Positions 22,931-35,627 of a stretch of 64,000 bases of DNA are shown here, piece after piece. Made by a program: the position numbers and the translations under genes. The notes beneath the pieces are model-generated. The model saw only the letters and a program-made list of their open reading frames with translations, was not told the DNA's origin and searched no databases. This DNA comes from Mustelus asterias (lineage: Eukaryota): the NCBI RefSeq assembly GCF_964213995.1, contig NC_135830.1, positions 15,004,001-15,068,000 on the forward strand, given 5' to 3'. The stretch's first letter is position 1; each line of letters starts with the position of its first letter.

Positions 22931-23312
22931 AAAACACTTTGTTTTCTCCACCTTTCCATTTCTTTTCTCATTCTGGGGGAAATTGGGGACTTGCAGCAAC
23001 TGAAGGGAAAGGAAGTGAATCCAGGGAGGCTGCAGACTCTGGAAAGGTTGGCCCAGGTCTCTCTCTGTTAAAGACATTGACATCCTTTGCTCCCTCAGCT
23101 TGACACATTGATTTGTCTGGCTCAAAGGTCCCTTTCCTAATGTTCACAATTAAAGGGCTGGTTTCCCCAGGAAATATCTGACATTTAAGGGGACTGTAAA
23201 TTAATATAGATTAGAGATATGTTCAGTATTGTCATATGGCAAGATTAGACATGTATGGTTCTGCAGTAATGTACATTTATTATTATTTCTAATCTGTAAT
23301 ATCGTACGGTCG

Positions 23313-23907
23313 TGTGACATTAGTGTTTCTTTACGAATTTTTTAATCTCAAAATCATGATCCTGCTGTTGTAAATAAACCTTTCAGTTTTTTTTACATTA
23401 TGGCACCGGCTTGTCTACAAAGAGTCCTTTATTTGCTCCTTAAGTGGCTTATATAGAGGTTGTTTGTTTTTACTTTGGGATTTGTGGATAAAAAACTGGT
23501 TGCAGGTCAGGTGACAGAAGTTCTTTCATTTTCACTTCTGAGATGCAGTTTAGTTTTAGAAGGGGCATCACGCTGAAAAGAGACGTCTCTCTCGCTTTCT
23601 CTCCCCTGTTTTATTTGGAAATTCCGTTGGTTATCTGAAAGCAAGGTCTTGCCTTCCTGAAGAAAATATTCTGCTGTTGATGGGTTAGGCATTATCTTGG
23701 TTGTTTTGTTTTGTTTGTAATTGCTAAAAGTTCTTGCTAATTTTCTTACGAAACATGTTAACTATATTCTTAAGTAAACTTTGTGAAAAGGTGGGTCATT
23801 TGAATCATACCTGAAGTGAAACATTTCATGCCAAATTCAAGATGTAAAACGTATGATTCAGGCCGGTTCCATAAAACATTTTGGAGTTTCTAACCTGAGC
23901 CCTAACA
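23313..23907 (+). mobile_element. Putative solo LTR in ZNF4 intron 1
   Basis: TG...AACA termini; absent from paralogous introns; 3' ~150 bp similar to 43555-43715. Confidence 0.5.
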
Positions 23908-24222
23908 TGTAGCTACGGGATATATTTCCAGTAATAGAGTCATTACAGCACAGAAGGAGTCCATTGGACCATTTGGGTCAATGCCGACTTTCTGTCAGTG
24001 TCGAGTGGATCCCATTCTGCAGCACCTCCAATTTCATTTCCAAGTTATTGATCATCTCTGCTTGGACACCCTCACAAGTAGTTCAAGATCATGATCAATT
24101 GTAGCCCCCTGTATCTTAGCCAACTGAAACAATTCTATCCATTAAACATATTTTTAGGCCCGTAATAGAGACATATATCTGTCTGGCCGCCTGCATGGAG
24201 ATTTTCAGCTCTCTGTGTCCAG

Positions 24223-24288
24223 GGCAGGAAGCAGTGAGCATGGATCTGTCAATCAGCCTCAATCAGCACCTTCAGGAGAATTGGGAGG
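24223..24288 (+). other. Predicted 66-nt exon 2 of ZNF4 (ultraconserved module)
   Basis: tgtgtccAG acceptor at 24221-22, GT donor at 24289, next acceptor tttcacAG at 24455-56. Confidence 0.6.
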
Positions 24289-24813
24289 GTGAATATTAGA
24301 TACAGCAGAGTGAGAATGGAGGGAGAGTGTGTGGGATGGAGATTCACAGCTTTTGGGGAATGAGAGAGGAAACAATGTTCCATAGAAACTAGAATTGTCT
24401 GTTCTGAATTTCTAATCTGTGCTGACTGTGATGACTTTTGTAAACTCCTTTCACAGAATATGAGGTGGTGAGGATTGACAGACAGAAATCTCGAACAAAT
24501 GTCATGTCAAATTCTGACAGTCATTCAGTTCATCTGGACGTGAATACCATCGGCCTTTCAATCTAAAAGGAGAAATATTTTTCTGTTCTGTCTGCTTCAG
24601 ACTTTCTTTTTGCATAAATGTGACTGGAAAAATGCCGTGACACACATATACCCGAGTGAGAGTGTTCCAGTGCACTGACTGTGGAAAGAGCTTTAAACAG
24701 TTACACAGCCTGAAAATACATCGCAGCATCCACAGTGGGGAGAGACTGTACCCGTGTTCTGTGTGAGATTGAACTAATAGTTTAACCTGGAGAGTCACAA
24801 GGACACCCGCACC

Positions 24814-25308
24814 ATGGAGAAACTGTGGAAATGTGGGGACTGTGGGAAGGGATTCAATTACCCATCTCTGCTAGAAACTCATCGCCGCAGCCACACTGGG
24901 GAGAGACCATTCACCTGCTCTGATTGTGGGAAAGGGTTTACTCAGTTATCCAGCCTGCAGATACACCAGCGAGTTCACACTGGGGAGAGGCCGTTCACCT
25001 GCTCTCAGTGTGGGGAAGGATTCACTCAGTTATCCCACCTGCAGAGACACCAGCGAGTTCACACTGGGGGGAGACCGTTCACCTGCTCTCAGTGTGGGAA
25101 GGGATTCAGTCAGTTATCCAACCTGCAGACACACCAGCGAGTTCACACTGGGGAGAAACCGTTCACCTGCTCTCAATGTGGGGAGGGATTCACTCGGTCA
25201 TCCCACCTGCGAGTTCACACTGGGGAGAAGCCATTCACCTGCTCTCAGTGTGGGAAGGGTTTCAGAGCTTCATCTGCCCTGCTGAGGCACCAACAAGTTC
25301 ACGAGTGA
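24814..25308 (+). CDS. C2H2 zinc-finger gene ZNF4 (6 fingers, finger 5 has a 4-aa deletion)
   Basis: 164-aa [13 protein letters not shown]...HQQVHE. Confidence 0.9.
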   Translation: MEKLWKCGDCGKGFNYPSLLETHRRSHTGERPFTCSDCGKGFTQLSSLQIHQRVHTGERPFTCSQCGEGFTQLSHLQRHQRVHTGGRPFTCSQCGKGFSQLSNLQTHQRVHTGEKPFTCSQCGEGFTRSSHLRVHTGEKPFTCSQCGKGFRASSALLRHQQVHE

Positions 25309-25952
25309 TTCCAGGGTTGGATTCTGCTGTTATTGTTTCTGCTCTCAATTACATCCAGGACTGCATTTTGTTCATTCTCAGGTAATGAACCTGGATGAAT
25401 GTATCTAATTTCTATGTGATGACCCTAGTGATTGTAAGTAAGTTCAGAATACCTGGTTACTCAAATTCCTGAGCTGTACACCCCACCTACTGAGATATAG
25501 AAAAATAATGTTCAGCAGAATGGGGAAAGCTCCGTGCTGTCAATGGTTGGATCATTCCTTTTGAGGTTCACATTGCTATGAAACTAGTTTTATAGCAGGA
25601 AGACACAACTCCTCCACACATCACAGACAGGCTGCTGAGTCAGTGACCTTCCTTTCTCAAAATAGGTGGCAAAGCTGTTCCTCCAATTTGCGACTCTGTC
25701 TCTGCAGATGTAGCAACATCGGGAGAGACAGAATCTGTGATTGGAGGAGATGGTCCTCATAGTTTCTGTCTCTCCCATGTACAGGGTGATTTTTCTTCCA
25801 GTAGTTCCACCCATGACAGAATTTCCACGGCCCTTTTGAGGGTGAATTCACCCTCCACAGCCATGTATTTTGAATCCTGGTTCTGAAATATTCTCACTCT
25901 GGGCTTAAGGCTTCCTGGCGTCATACACAGATTTAGATCTTACCACCGAACA

Positions 25953-26568
25953 GTGCCAGAAGACTGGAAGATAGCAAATGTTGTCCCTTTGTTCATGAAG
26001 GGGAGTAGGGACAACCCTGGTAATTATAGACCAGTGAGCCTTACTTCTGTTGTGGGCAAAGTATTGGAAAGGATTATAAGAGATAGGATTTATAATCACC
26101 GAGAAAGGAATAATTTGATTAGGGATAGTCAGCACGGTTTTGTGAAGGGTAGGTCGTGCCTCACAAACCTTATTGAGTTCTTTGAGAAGGTGACCAAAGA
26201 GGTGTTTGAGGGTAAAGCGGTTGATGTGGTGTATATGGATTTCAGCAAAGCATTTGATAATGTTCCCCATGGTAAGCTTTTGCAGAAAATACAGACACAG
26301 GGGATTGAGGGTGATTTAGTGGTTTGGATCAGGAATTGGCTAGCTGTAAGAAAACAAAGGTGGTTGATGGGAAATATTCATTCTGGAGTTCAGTTACTCG
26401 TGGTGTACCGCAAGGATCTGTTTTGGGGCCACTGCTGTTTGTCATTTTTATTAATGACCTGGATGAGGGCGTGGAAGGATGGATTAGTAAATTTGCGGAT
26501 GACACTAAAGTCGGTGGAGTTGTAGACAGTGTGGAGGGAAGTGGCAGGTTACAGAGGGACATAGATAA
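25953..26568 (+). mobile_element. CR1 RT fragment
   Basis: PEDWKIANV..YRPVSLTS..DFSKAFD..QGSVLGP..FADD with a frameshift. Confidence 0.9.
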
Positions 26569-27716
26569 GCCCCTCCATACCAGGCAACATCCTGGTAAAC
26601 CTCCTCTGTACTCTCTCCAAAGCCTCCACGTCCTTCTGGTAGTGCGGCGACCAGAACTGGGCGCAGTATTCCAAATGCGGCCGAACCAACGTTCTATACA
26701 TCTGCAACATCAGACCCCAACTTTTATACTCTATGCCCCGTCCTATAAAGGCAAGCATGCCATATGCCTTCTTCACCACCTTCTCCACCTGTGACGTCAC
26801 CTTCAAGGATCTGGACTTGCACACCCAGGTCCCTCTGCATATCTACACCCTTTATGGTTCTGCCATTTATCGTATAGCTTCTCCTTACATTATTTCTACC
26901 AAAATGCATCACTTCGCATTTATCAGGATTGAACTCCATCTGCCATTTCTTTGCCCAAATTTCCAGCCTATCTATATCCTTCTGTAGCCTCTGACAATGT
27001 TCCTCACTATCTGCAAGTCCTGCCAATTTTGTGTCATCCACAAACTTACTAATCACCCCAGTTACACCTTCTTCCAGATCGTTTATATAAATCACAAACA
27101 GCAGAGGTCCCAATACAGAGCCCTGCGGAACACCACTAGTCACAGGCCTCCAGCCGGAAAAAGACCCTCTGTCTTCTGTGACCAAACCAGTTCTCCACCC
27201 ATCTAGCCGCCTCCCCCTTTATCCCATGAGATCCAACCCTTTTCACCAGCCTACCATGAGGGACTTTGTCAAACGCTTTACTAAAGTCCATATAGACGAC
27301 ATCCACGGCCCTTCCCTCGTCAACCATTCTGGTCACTTCTTCAAAAAACTCCACCAGGTTAGTGAGGCATGACCTCCCTCTCACAAAACCATGCTGACTA
27401 TCGTTAATGAGTTTATTCCTTTCTAAATGCGCATACATCCTATCTCTAAGAATCTTCTCCAACAACTTCCCCACGACGGACGTCAAGCTCACCGGCCTAT
27501 AATTACCCGGGTTATCCTTCCTACCCTTCTTAAATAACGGGACCACATTAGCTATCCTCCAATCCTCTGGGACCTCACCTGCGTCCAGTGACGAGACAAA
27601 CAACCCCAAGTTATCCAGCCTAACATTGGAACTATAATTCCTCATCCCTGGAACCACTTTGATAAATCTCCTCTGCACCTGGTCAAGGAGCCTCACATCC
27701 TCCATAATGTGTGGTG
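26569..27716 (-). mobile_element. CR1 RT fragment in the opposite orientation, plus a short L2/CR1 piece
   Basis: ORFs 27136-27705, 26724-27185 and 26549-26824 carry CR1 RT motifs with frameshifts. Confidence 0.9.
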
Positions 27717-27942
27717 ATCACTGGTTTGCACAGACCCAGGTATTCTGTGTTCCTGTCTGTGATCTCATCACATACTTACAATTGCACAGTGACATCACCC
27801 CTGCTCCCCGGGGATTTGCTCAACTGGGAGATTTTTCTCTGACTCCAGTGCTTCTGATATCTTTCCAGCTGCAGGCTCCAGCAGGAGATTTTAATATTAA
27901 AATCAGTTAAATTCTTTCAGAGGTGAGTGTTTGTGACCATTC

Positions 27943-29526
27943 ACGGGCGCGGGTTCTCGTCATAAACCAGGTGTTCGCCTCCATGCTGTGGTCCCGGCTG
28001 GTCCCTTTGACCCCTCCCCCTGGCTTTGTAGCCAATATCCAGAGAACCCTCCTGCGGTTCTTCTGGGACAATCGACTGCACTGGGTCCCTGCCGTGGTTC
28101 TGCATCTCCCACTTGGGGAGGGCGAACAAGGTCTGGTGTGCCTCCGCACTCAGATAGCGACCTTCCGCCTCCAGGCCCTGCAGAGGTACCTTTACGTTGA
28201 GCCCCCTCCACGATGGTGTGCCATGGCGACGTATTTCTTCCGCCAGTGGCACGGCCTCAATTATGACGTGCAGCTCCTGCATATCGAACTGGGGCGTGCT
28301 TCGACCGCCCTGCAGGAGTTGCCCGTCTTTTACCAGGACCTCCTCACTGTCTGGAACACGGTCGACTCGCGACGCAGCTCTCCCCCGTCAGGAGTAGCGG
28401 CTCTCGTGCGAGAGCCGCTGCTCAGGAATCCGCTCCTCCAGCCGTATAACTTCAGGTGGCTGGCGGAGAGGAGGGCTGTGGACGCCGGGGTGACCAGAAT
28501 CGGGGACGTGCTGAGCGCGCGGGGGTGTCCAAAGCCAAAGCCATCCAAGACCTTAGGACGGTCATGCTCGGCCCCAAAAGTGCACGCGGTCTTGAGGCGG
28601 CACATGCTTGCGGTGGAATCCCGCCCGAGCGTTCCCCTGTTCGGGCGGAATTCCGCATTGGCCCAAAGCCTCAGCCCCCTCCCCTGGGTGAGGTGCCCCA
28701 CAGCCTGAGCCGCCTCGCGGAAATGTCATCCGTGCCTTTTTCTACCGCGCAGAGGCGTTTCCTGTGCGGGCTGCTGCTGCACACCCTCCACTACTGCCTC
28801 CTCGCCTGTCGCCCGGATACACCTTGGCGGGCCTTGTTGCTGCCGGGCAGTGGAGGTCCTCAGTGGAGGTCCCTCTACGGAGGGATCTCCCCCAATTACG
28901 TCGGGGACCTGGGGTGGAGGGTGATGCATGCAGCAGTTCCGCACAACCGTAGGATTCACTGGTTCACGGGCTCCGAAGACTGCCCTTTCTGCGGCCTTGT
29001 GGAGTCCGTGGACCATGTCTATGTTGAGTGTCTTAGGCTGCACTCCCTTTCTGTTTTCCTAAAGAACCTTTTGTTGATGTTTTGTCTGCACTTCAGTCCC
29101 ACGCTCCTGATCTACGGACACCCGGTGCGGAGAGGGGAGGGTCGGGATGGCGACCTCCTCGTGAACCTGCTCCTGGGCCTGGCGAAATGCGCCATTTACC
29201 GGTCCAGGCTGCGGGCGATCGAGGGGGCCGTCCATCCTGACTGTCTTCCCCTCTACCGCGGCTACGTTCGCGGCCAGGTGTCCCTGGAGAGGGAGCATGT
29301 GGTGTCCACGGGCGAGGTTGACGCCTTCCGCGCCCGCTGGGCACCGCAGGGGTTGGGGTGCATTATTGACCCTAATAATCACATTTTAATTTGATGTTTT
29401 TAAGTTTCCTTTGTATTTTGATTTCTGTTCGGGCTGTTCCCCCTCCTTTTTGGGGAGCTGCCCCTTTTACTTTGTCCTGATTTAATCTGAGTTTGTTTAC
29501 TTGGTTTGGTTTGACCTAAAAAGAGG
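27943..29526 (+). mobile_element. 5'-truncated, internally deleted Tx1 copy
   Basis: Homologous to the ORF2 C-terminus and 3'UTR of 15303-16930; same 3' junction gacctaaaaagagg|tctctctgaatgaa. Confidence 0.95.
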
Positions 29527-29870
29527 TCTCTCTGAATGAATATTGAGTACAGACAGACTCAAACTTCCTTCTGTCCCCCACATCTGTGAGTAAAACACAT
29601 TCTTTTATCCCCCTTTCCATTTCTTTTCTCATTCTGGGGGAAATTAGGGACTTGCAGCAACTGAAGGGAAAGGGAGTGAATCCAGGGAGGCTGCAGACTC
29701 TGGAAAGGTTGGCTCAGGTCCCCCTCTCTCTGACTTAAAGACATTGACATCCTTTGCTCCCTCAGCTTGACACATTGATTTGTCTGGCTAAAAGGATGGT
29801 CCCTTTCCGAATGTTCACAATTAAAGGGCTGGTTTCCCCAGGAGAAGGCTGACATTTAAGAGAACAATAA
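29527..29870 (+). other. ZNF5 exon-1/intron-1 conserved module (donor CT|GTGAGT at ~29586)
   Basis: Inverted match to 13380-13512 joined to 15088-15302. Confidence 0.65.
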
Positions 29871-30209
29871 ATTAATATAGGGCAGAGATATGCTTAGTGT
29901 TGTTACATTGTAGATTTGATATATTATTTATGGTTCTGTAACAAAGTACGTTTATTATTATTTCTCATCTTGTAATGTAACACTGAAGCTATGTGATATA
30001 TTTCCACTCATCGAGTCATTACAGCGCAGAAGGAGTCCATTCAGTAACTCGAATCCATGCCGACTCTCTGTAGAAGAATCCAGTCAGTCCCATTCCTTTC
30101 TATATTTCCTTTCCTCCGACAACTTTATTTCCTTCATGTGCCCATCTAATTTCTGAAATATATTAAAGGGGACAGTAAACTAATATCGGACAGAGACGTG
30201 TCTGATGGT

Positions 30210-30600
30210 GTTTTTTATTCATCCTTGGGACACGGGCATTGCAGGCTGGGCCAACATTTATTGCCCATCCCGATTTGCCCTTGAACTGAATGGCTCGCTA
30301 GGCCATTTCAGAGGCTGGTTGAGAGTCAACCACATTGCTGTGGCTCTGGAGTCACATGTAGGCCAGACTGGGTAAGGACGGCAGATTTCCTTCCCTAAAG
30401 CACATTAATGAACCAGATGGGTTTTTCTGGTCAATCGACAATGATTTCATGGTCATCAGTAGATTCTTAATTCTAGATTTTGTTTTTAAATTCAAATTCC
30501 ACCATCTGCCGTGGTGGGATTCGAACCGGGTCCCCCAGAACATCAGCTAAGTTTCTGGATTAATAGTCTAGCGATAATACCGCGAGGCTATCCGCTCCCC
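30210..30600 (-). mobile_element. Second-family tRNA-derived SINE
   Basis: Inverted paralog of 12740-13042 that retains an internal segment missing there. Confidence 0.75.
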
Positions 30601-31893
30601 TGTTGTTATATGGTTCGATATATTATTTATAGCTCTGTAATAAAATACACTTATTATATCTGGCTGTGTAATTTTGGACTGCAGCTATATTATATATTTC
30701 CAACAATCTCTTCCCTCAGAGAATTGTTAATATCTAGATTTCTCTTCCATAGGGACCAGTGGAGGGATTGAATATATTCAAGGATGAGTTGGACAGTTTT
30801 TGAATGACAAGGGAGTCAATAATTATTGGGAACAGGCTGGAAAATGGAGAGAAAGCTCAGATGAGGAAGGATTTCTTCACTCAAGGATGTGGTGATGTTT
30901 TGGATTCTCTACCCCAGAGGACTATAGAGCCTCAGTCATCAAGAATTTTCAAGAGAGGGATTGATAGGTTTCTAGATATTGAAGATATCGATGGATATGG
31001 GGGACAGTGTGGGGAAAATAATGCAGAGGTAGATCAACCAATAATCTCAATGAATGGTTGAGCAGATTCGATGGGCCGAATGCTGACTGCAGCTCCTATT
31101 TGTTCTGATTTCTGTGCTGGACAGGAAGCAGTGAACATGGATCTGTCAATCAGCCTCAATCAGCACCTTCAGGAGAATTGGGAGGGTGAATATTAGATAC
31201 AGCAGAGTGAGAATGGAGGGAGAGTGTGTGGGATGGAGATTCACAGCTTTTGGGGAATGAGAGGGGAAAGAATGTTCATTAGAATCATAGAATTGCTGCA
31301 TCTTATCAACCGTCCCTGAGCTTTCACAATGAATCCCACTTCTGAGGCCACCCTTATCTGTGACTTGTCTGTACTGCTGGCAGTCTCACAAAGCAGCTGC
31401 CTGTGTGCTGATACGGGAGGCCCTGCTGGGCAGGTTTAATGCTCCATGACTGTGTCTTTAATGAATGCTCCATGAACTAGAAATGTAGATTTGAATTTCG
31501 ATCATATTCTGAATTGCGATGTTTTTTCTAAATTGACTTACAGGATATTAGACAAGGAGAAATCAGACAGAAATCTCCAACATCACATCGAGATCTGACA
31601 GAGTGACTCGATTTCTTGGGACCTGAATATCATCGGCCTTTGAATCTAACAGGAGAAATGTTTGTTTGGCCTCTTGGCTTCAAAAGATTGTAAACATCGC
31701 TGTGACGAGAAATGCACTGAGATACACACACCCGAGTGAGAGTGTTCCAGTGCACTGAGTGTGGAAAGAGCTTTAACCAGTTACACAGCCTGAAAGTGCA
31801 TCACAGCATTCACAGTGGGGAGAGACTGTACCCGTGTTCTGTGTGAGATTTAACTGATTGTTTAACCTGGAGAGTCACAAGGACACCCGCACC

Positions 31894-32819
31894 ATGGAGA
31901 AACCGTGGAAATGTGGGGACTGTGGGAAGGGATTCATATCCCCATCTCGGCTGGAAATTCATCAACGCAGTCACACTGGGGAGAGGCCGTTCACCTGCTC
32001 TGTGTGTGGGAAGGGATTCACTCAGTTATCCAGCCTGCAGAAACACAATCTCACTCATACCAATGAGAGACCATTTAAATGCTGTGACTGTGGGAGTGGT
32101 TTTAAAAGCTCTCAGGTACTGATGATGCACCAGCGCATTCACACTGAGGACAGACCGTTCAGCTGCTCTCACTGCACAAAGAAATTTAGAACTTCATCCA
32201 ACCTGCAGATTCACCAGCGAGTTCACACTGGGAGAGACCGTTCACCTGCTCTGTGTGTGGGAAGGGATTCACTCAGTCATCCAGCCTGAAGACACACCGA
32301 GTCATTCATACCAATGAGAGACCCTTTGAATGCTCTGACTGTGGGAATGGCTTCAAAAGCTCTCAGAAACTGATCGTCCACCAGCGCATTCACACTGAGG
32401 AGAGACCGTTCAGCTGCTCTCACTGCACAAAGAGGTTTAGAATATCTTCAGCATTGCTGAACCATCAGCGAGTTCACACCAGGGAGAGACCATTCAGCTG
32501 CTCGGTGTGTGTGAAAGGATTTACTCAGTTCTCCAGCCTCCGCAGACACAATCTCACTCACACCCAGGAGAGACCCTTTAAATGTTCTGACTGTGGGAGT
32601 GGCTTCAAAAGCTCTCATGAACTGATTACCCACCAGTGCATTCACACTGGGGAGTGACCGTTCACCTGCTCTGACTGTGGGAAGGGATTCGCTCAGTCAT
32701 GCAACCTACGGGTACATCAGCGAGTTCACACTGGGCAGAGACTGTTCACCTGCTCTGACTGTGGGAAGGGATTCACTCGGTCAGCAAACTTGGTGAAACA
32801 CCAGCGAGTTCACAAGTGA
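31894..32819 (+). pseudogene. C2H2 zinc-finger ZNF5 (11 fingers; frameshift at ~32230 and in-frame TGA at 32655)
   Basis: ORFs 31858-32289 and 32253-32657; fingers continue to cacaagTGA; inverted paralog of ZNF3. Confidence 0.8.
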
Positions 32820-32902
32820 TTACAGTTCTGGGATTATTCTTGTGAATCTTTCTTGCCCCTTCTCCAGTGCCTTTATTTCCTTAATCTAAATGGAGATCAC
32901 AA

Positions 32903-34100
32903 TAGAACATAGAACAGTACAGCACAGGAACAGACCCTTCAGCCCACGATGTTGGGTCGAACATGATGCCAAATTAAACTTATCCGTTCTGCCTGCCCTT
33001 GGTCCATATTCCTTGCATATTTATGTGTTTATCTAAACGCCCCTATCGTATCTGCCTCCACCACCTGTGCTGCAGCGTGTTCCAGACACGACCACTCTCT
33101 GTGTAAAGGAAAAACTTGCCCCTCACATCTCCTTTGAACTTTCCCCCTCCCACCTGAAGTGCATGCCCCCTAGTATTAGAAATTTTAACTCTGGGGAAAA
33201 AGATTCTGACTGTCAACCCTATCTCTGTCTCTCATAATTTTATAGACTTCAATCAGCTCTACCCTCAATCTCTGCAGTTTCAGAGAAAACAACCCTAGTT
33301 TGTCCAGCCTCTCATTATAGCTCATCCCCTCCAATCCAGGCAGCATCCTGGTAAACATCTTCTGCACCCTCTCCAAATCCTTTGCATCCTTCCTGTAATG
33401 TAGCAAACAGAATTGAATGCACGATTCTAAGTGCGGTCTAACCAAGGTTTTATAAAGCTGCAACATGACATCCTGAATAAAGGATGTCAGACTCAATAAA
33501 GGCAAGCATGCCATCTGCCTTCTTTACCACCTATCTACTGGTGTGACCAATTTCAGGGAGCTCTGGACTTGAACCCCAAGATCATTGCTGTTCAGGGGTC
33601 TGCCATTAACTGGATACTTACCCTTAACATTTGATCTCCCAAAGTGCAGCACCTCACACTTGCCCGGATTAAACTCCATCTGCCATTTCTGCGCTCATAT
33701 CTGCAGCTGATCTACATCCCACTGTATCCTTTGACAACCTTCTACATTATCTACAACTCCATCTAGCTTTGTGTTGTCTGCAAACTTACTAACCCACCCA
33801 TCCACGTTTTCATCCAAGTCATTTATATGTATCCCAAATAGCGCAGGTCCCAGTACGGATCCCTGCAGAACACCACTCGTCACGGACCTCCAGTCAGAAA
33901 AACACCCTCCACCACTATTTTCTGACTTCTATGGGCAAATCAATTCTGAATCCAAGCGGCCAAGTCACCGTGAATCCCATGCATCTTAATCTTCTGGATG
34001 AGCCGACCATGAGGGACCTTGTTGAAAGCCTCACTAAAATCCATGTACACAACATCCACTGCTCTACCCTCAATGGTCACCCTTGTCAGCTCCTCAATAG
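32903..34100 (-). mobile_element. Degenerate CR1
   Basis: RT motifs in ORFs 33695-33883 and 33185-33514; (atagaac)n tail at ~32903. Confidence 0.85.
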
Positions 34101-34217
34101 AATCAATCAAGTTAGAAAGATGTTGACATTGCTGCCAGTGTAGTCTGGTGATGAAAATATAGACTGGTTCAGTGAAATGTAGGTAACAGGTAGAATTGAT
34201 ATCTAATGAGGACTTTA

Positions 34218-35290
34218 GCAAGGGAGGTGTTGCATAAGGTTAAATCTCATGGGATCCAGGGTGAAGTAGCTAAATGGATACAAAATTGGCTGGATGATAG
34301 AAGACAGGGGGTGGTTATAGAGGGTTGTTTTTCAAACTGGAGGCCTGTGACCAGTGGTGCACCACAGGGATCAATGCTGAGTCTACTCTTATTAGTCATT
34401 TATAATAATGATTTGGATGAGAATATAGGAGGCATGGTTAGTAAGTTTGCAGATGACACCAAGATTGGTGGCACAGTGGACAGTGAAGAAGGTTATCTCC
34501 GATTGCAACGGGATCTTGATCAATTGGGCTAGTGGGCTGATGAATGGCAAATGCAGTTTAATTTAGATAAATGTGAGGTGATGCATTTTGGTAGACTGAA
34601 TCAGGGCAGGACTTACTTAGTTAATGGCAGGGTGTTGGAGAGAGCTATAAAACAAAGAGATCTAGAGGTACATGTTCATAGTTCCTTGAAAGTGGAGTCA
34701 CAGGTGGACAGAGTGGTGAAGAAGGCATTCAGCATGCTTGGTTTCATCGGTCAGAACATTGAATACAGGAGTTGGGACGTCTTGTTGAAGTTGTACAAGA
34801 CATTGGTAAGGCCACACTTGAAATACTGTATACAGTCTGGTCACCCGATTATAGAAAGGATATTATTAAACTAGAAAGAGTGCAGAAAAGATTTACTAGC
34901 ATGCTACCAGGCCTTGATGGTTTAAGGTATAAGGAGAGGCTGGATAGACTGGGTCTTTTTTCCCTGGAGCGTAAGAGACTTGGGGGTGATCTTATAGAGG
35001 TCTAAGTAAAGTAAGGTTTATTTATTAGTCACAAGTGGGCTTACATTAACACTGCAATTAAGTTATTGTGAAAATCCCCTAATCGCTGCACCGCGGCACC
35101 TGTTTGGGTACACTGAATGAGAATTTAGCATGACCAATGCATCAAACCTGCACATCTTTGGATTGTGGGAGGAAACTGGAGAACCCGGAGGAAACCCACG
35201 CAGACACGGGGAGAATGTGCAAACTCCACACAGACAGAGGGCATAGGTTTAAAGTGAGAGGGGAGAGATACAAAAGGGTCCAGAGGGGCA
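34218..35290 (+). mobile_element. Older CR1 fragment, interrupted by a SINE and by the full-length CR1 (resumes at 39534-39572)
   Basis: ORFs 34206-34532, 34551-34874 and 34772-35005; sequence continues across aggggca. Confidence 0.85.
35005..35234 (-). mobile_element. 5'-truncated V-SINE-like element with an alternative 3' tail
   Basis: Core gtggagtttgcacattctcccc..ggtttcctcc on the minus strand; tail ends taataaataaaccttactttactt. Confidence 0.75.
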
Positions 35291-35627
35291 TTGTTCATTG
35301 TTCCACAGGACCAGGCTGAGGAGAAGGCAGTTGGTTTGTTCACTACATTTATTTATTTATTTTAAGTTAAAGTTGTGTAAAAAATCGGAGGTTTTCTTTT
35401 AAAACAGGAAGTGGGCCCAGCAGGAGTCTGGGAAGGTTTTTGGAGGGTTTAAAAGTAGGCCGCACTTTTGAGCGGGCAGCGTCGTTAGCGGGCAGCAGAG
35501 TGAGCAGGAGGCAGAGTGAAAGTTGTAGGGCTTTGGCTCACAGGGCTTAGGCAGAAAGGGCGAGCAGGGGTGAGTTGAATTCATTTTTTGCTGTTTCTAC
35601 CTGGTACTGGCAAGGTATCTAGAGGGG

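Noticed and set aside
24223-24288. KRAB/SCAN/BTB or another translated effector exon
   Set aside because: No such motifs; predicted splicing leads to stops before the finger ORF, and the exon ATG is lost in ZNF6
25590-25900. Cys-containing short ORFs as a processed pseudogene
   Set aside because: No recognisable homology by eye; would need a translated search
25953-27597. Twin-priming inversion of a single CR1
   Set aside because: The two arms cover the same part of ORF2 and are clearly diverged, so they are separate elements
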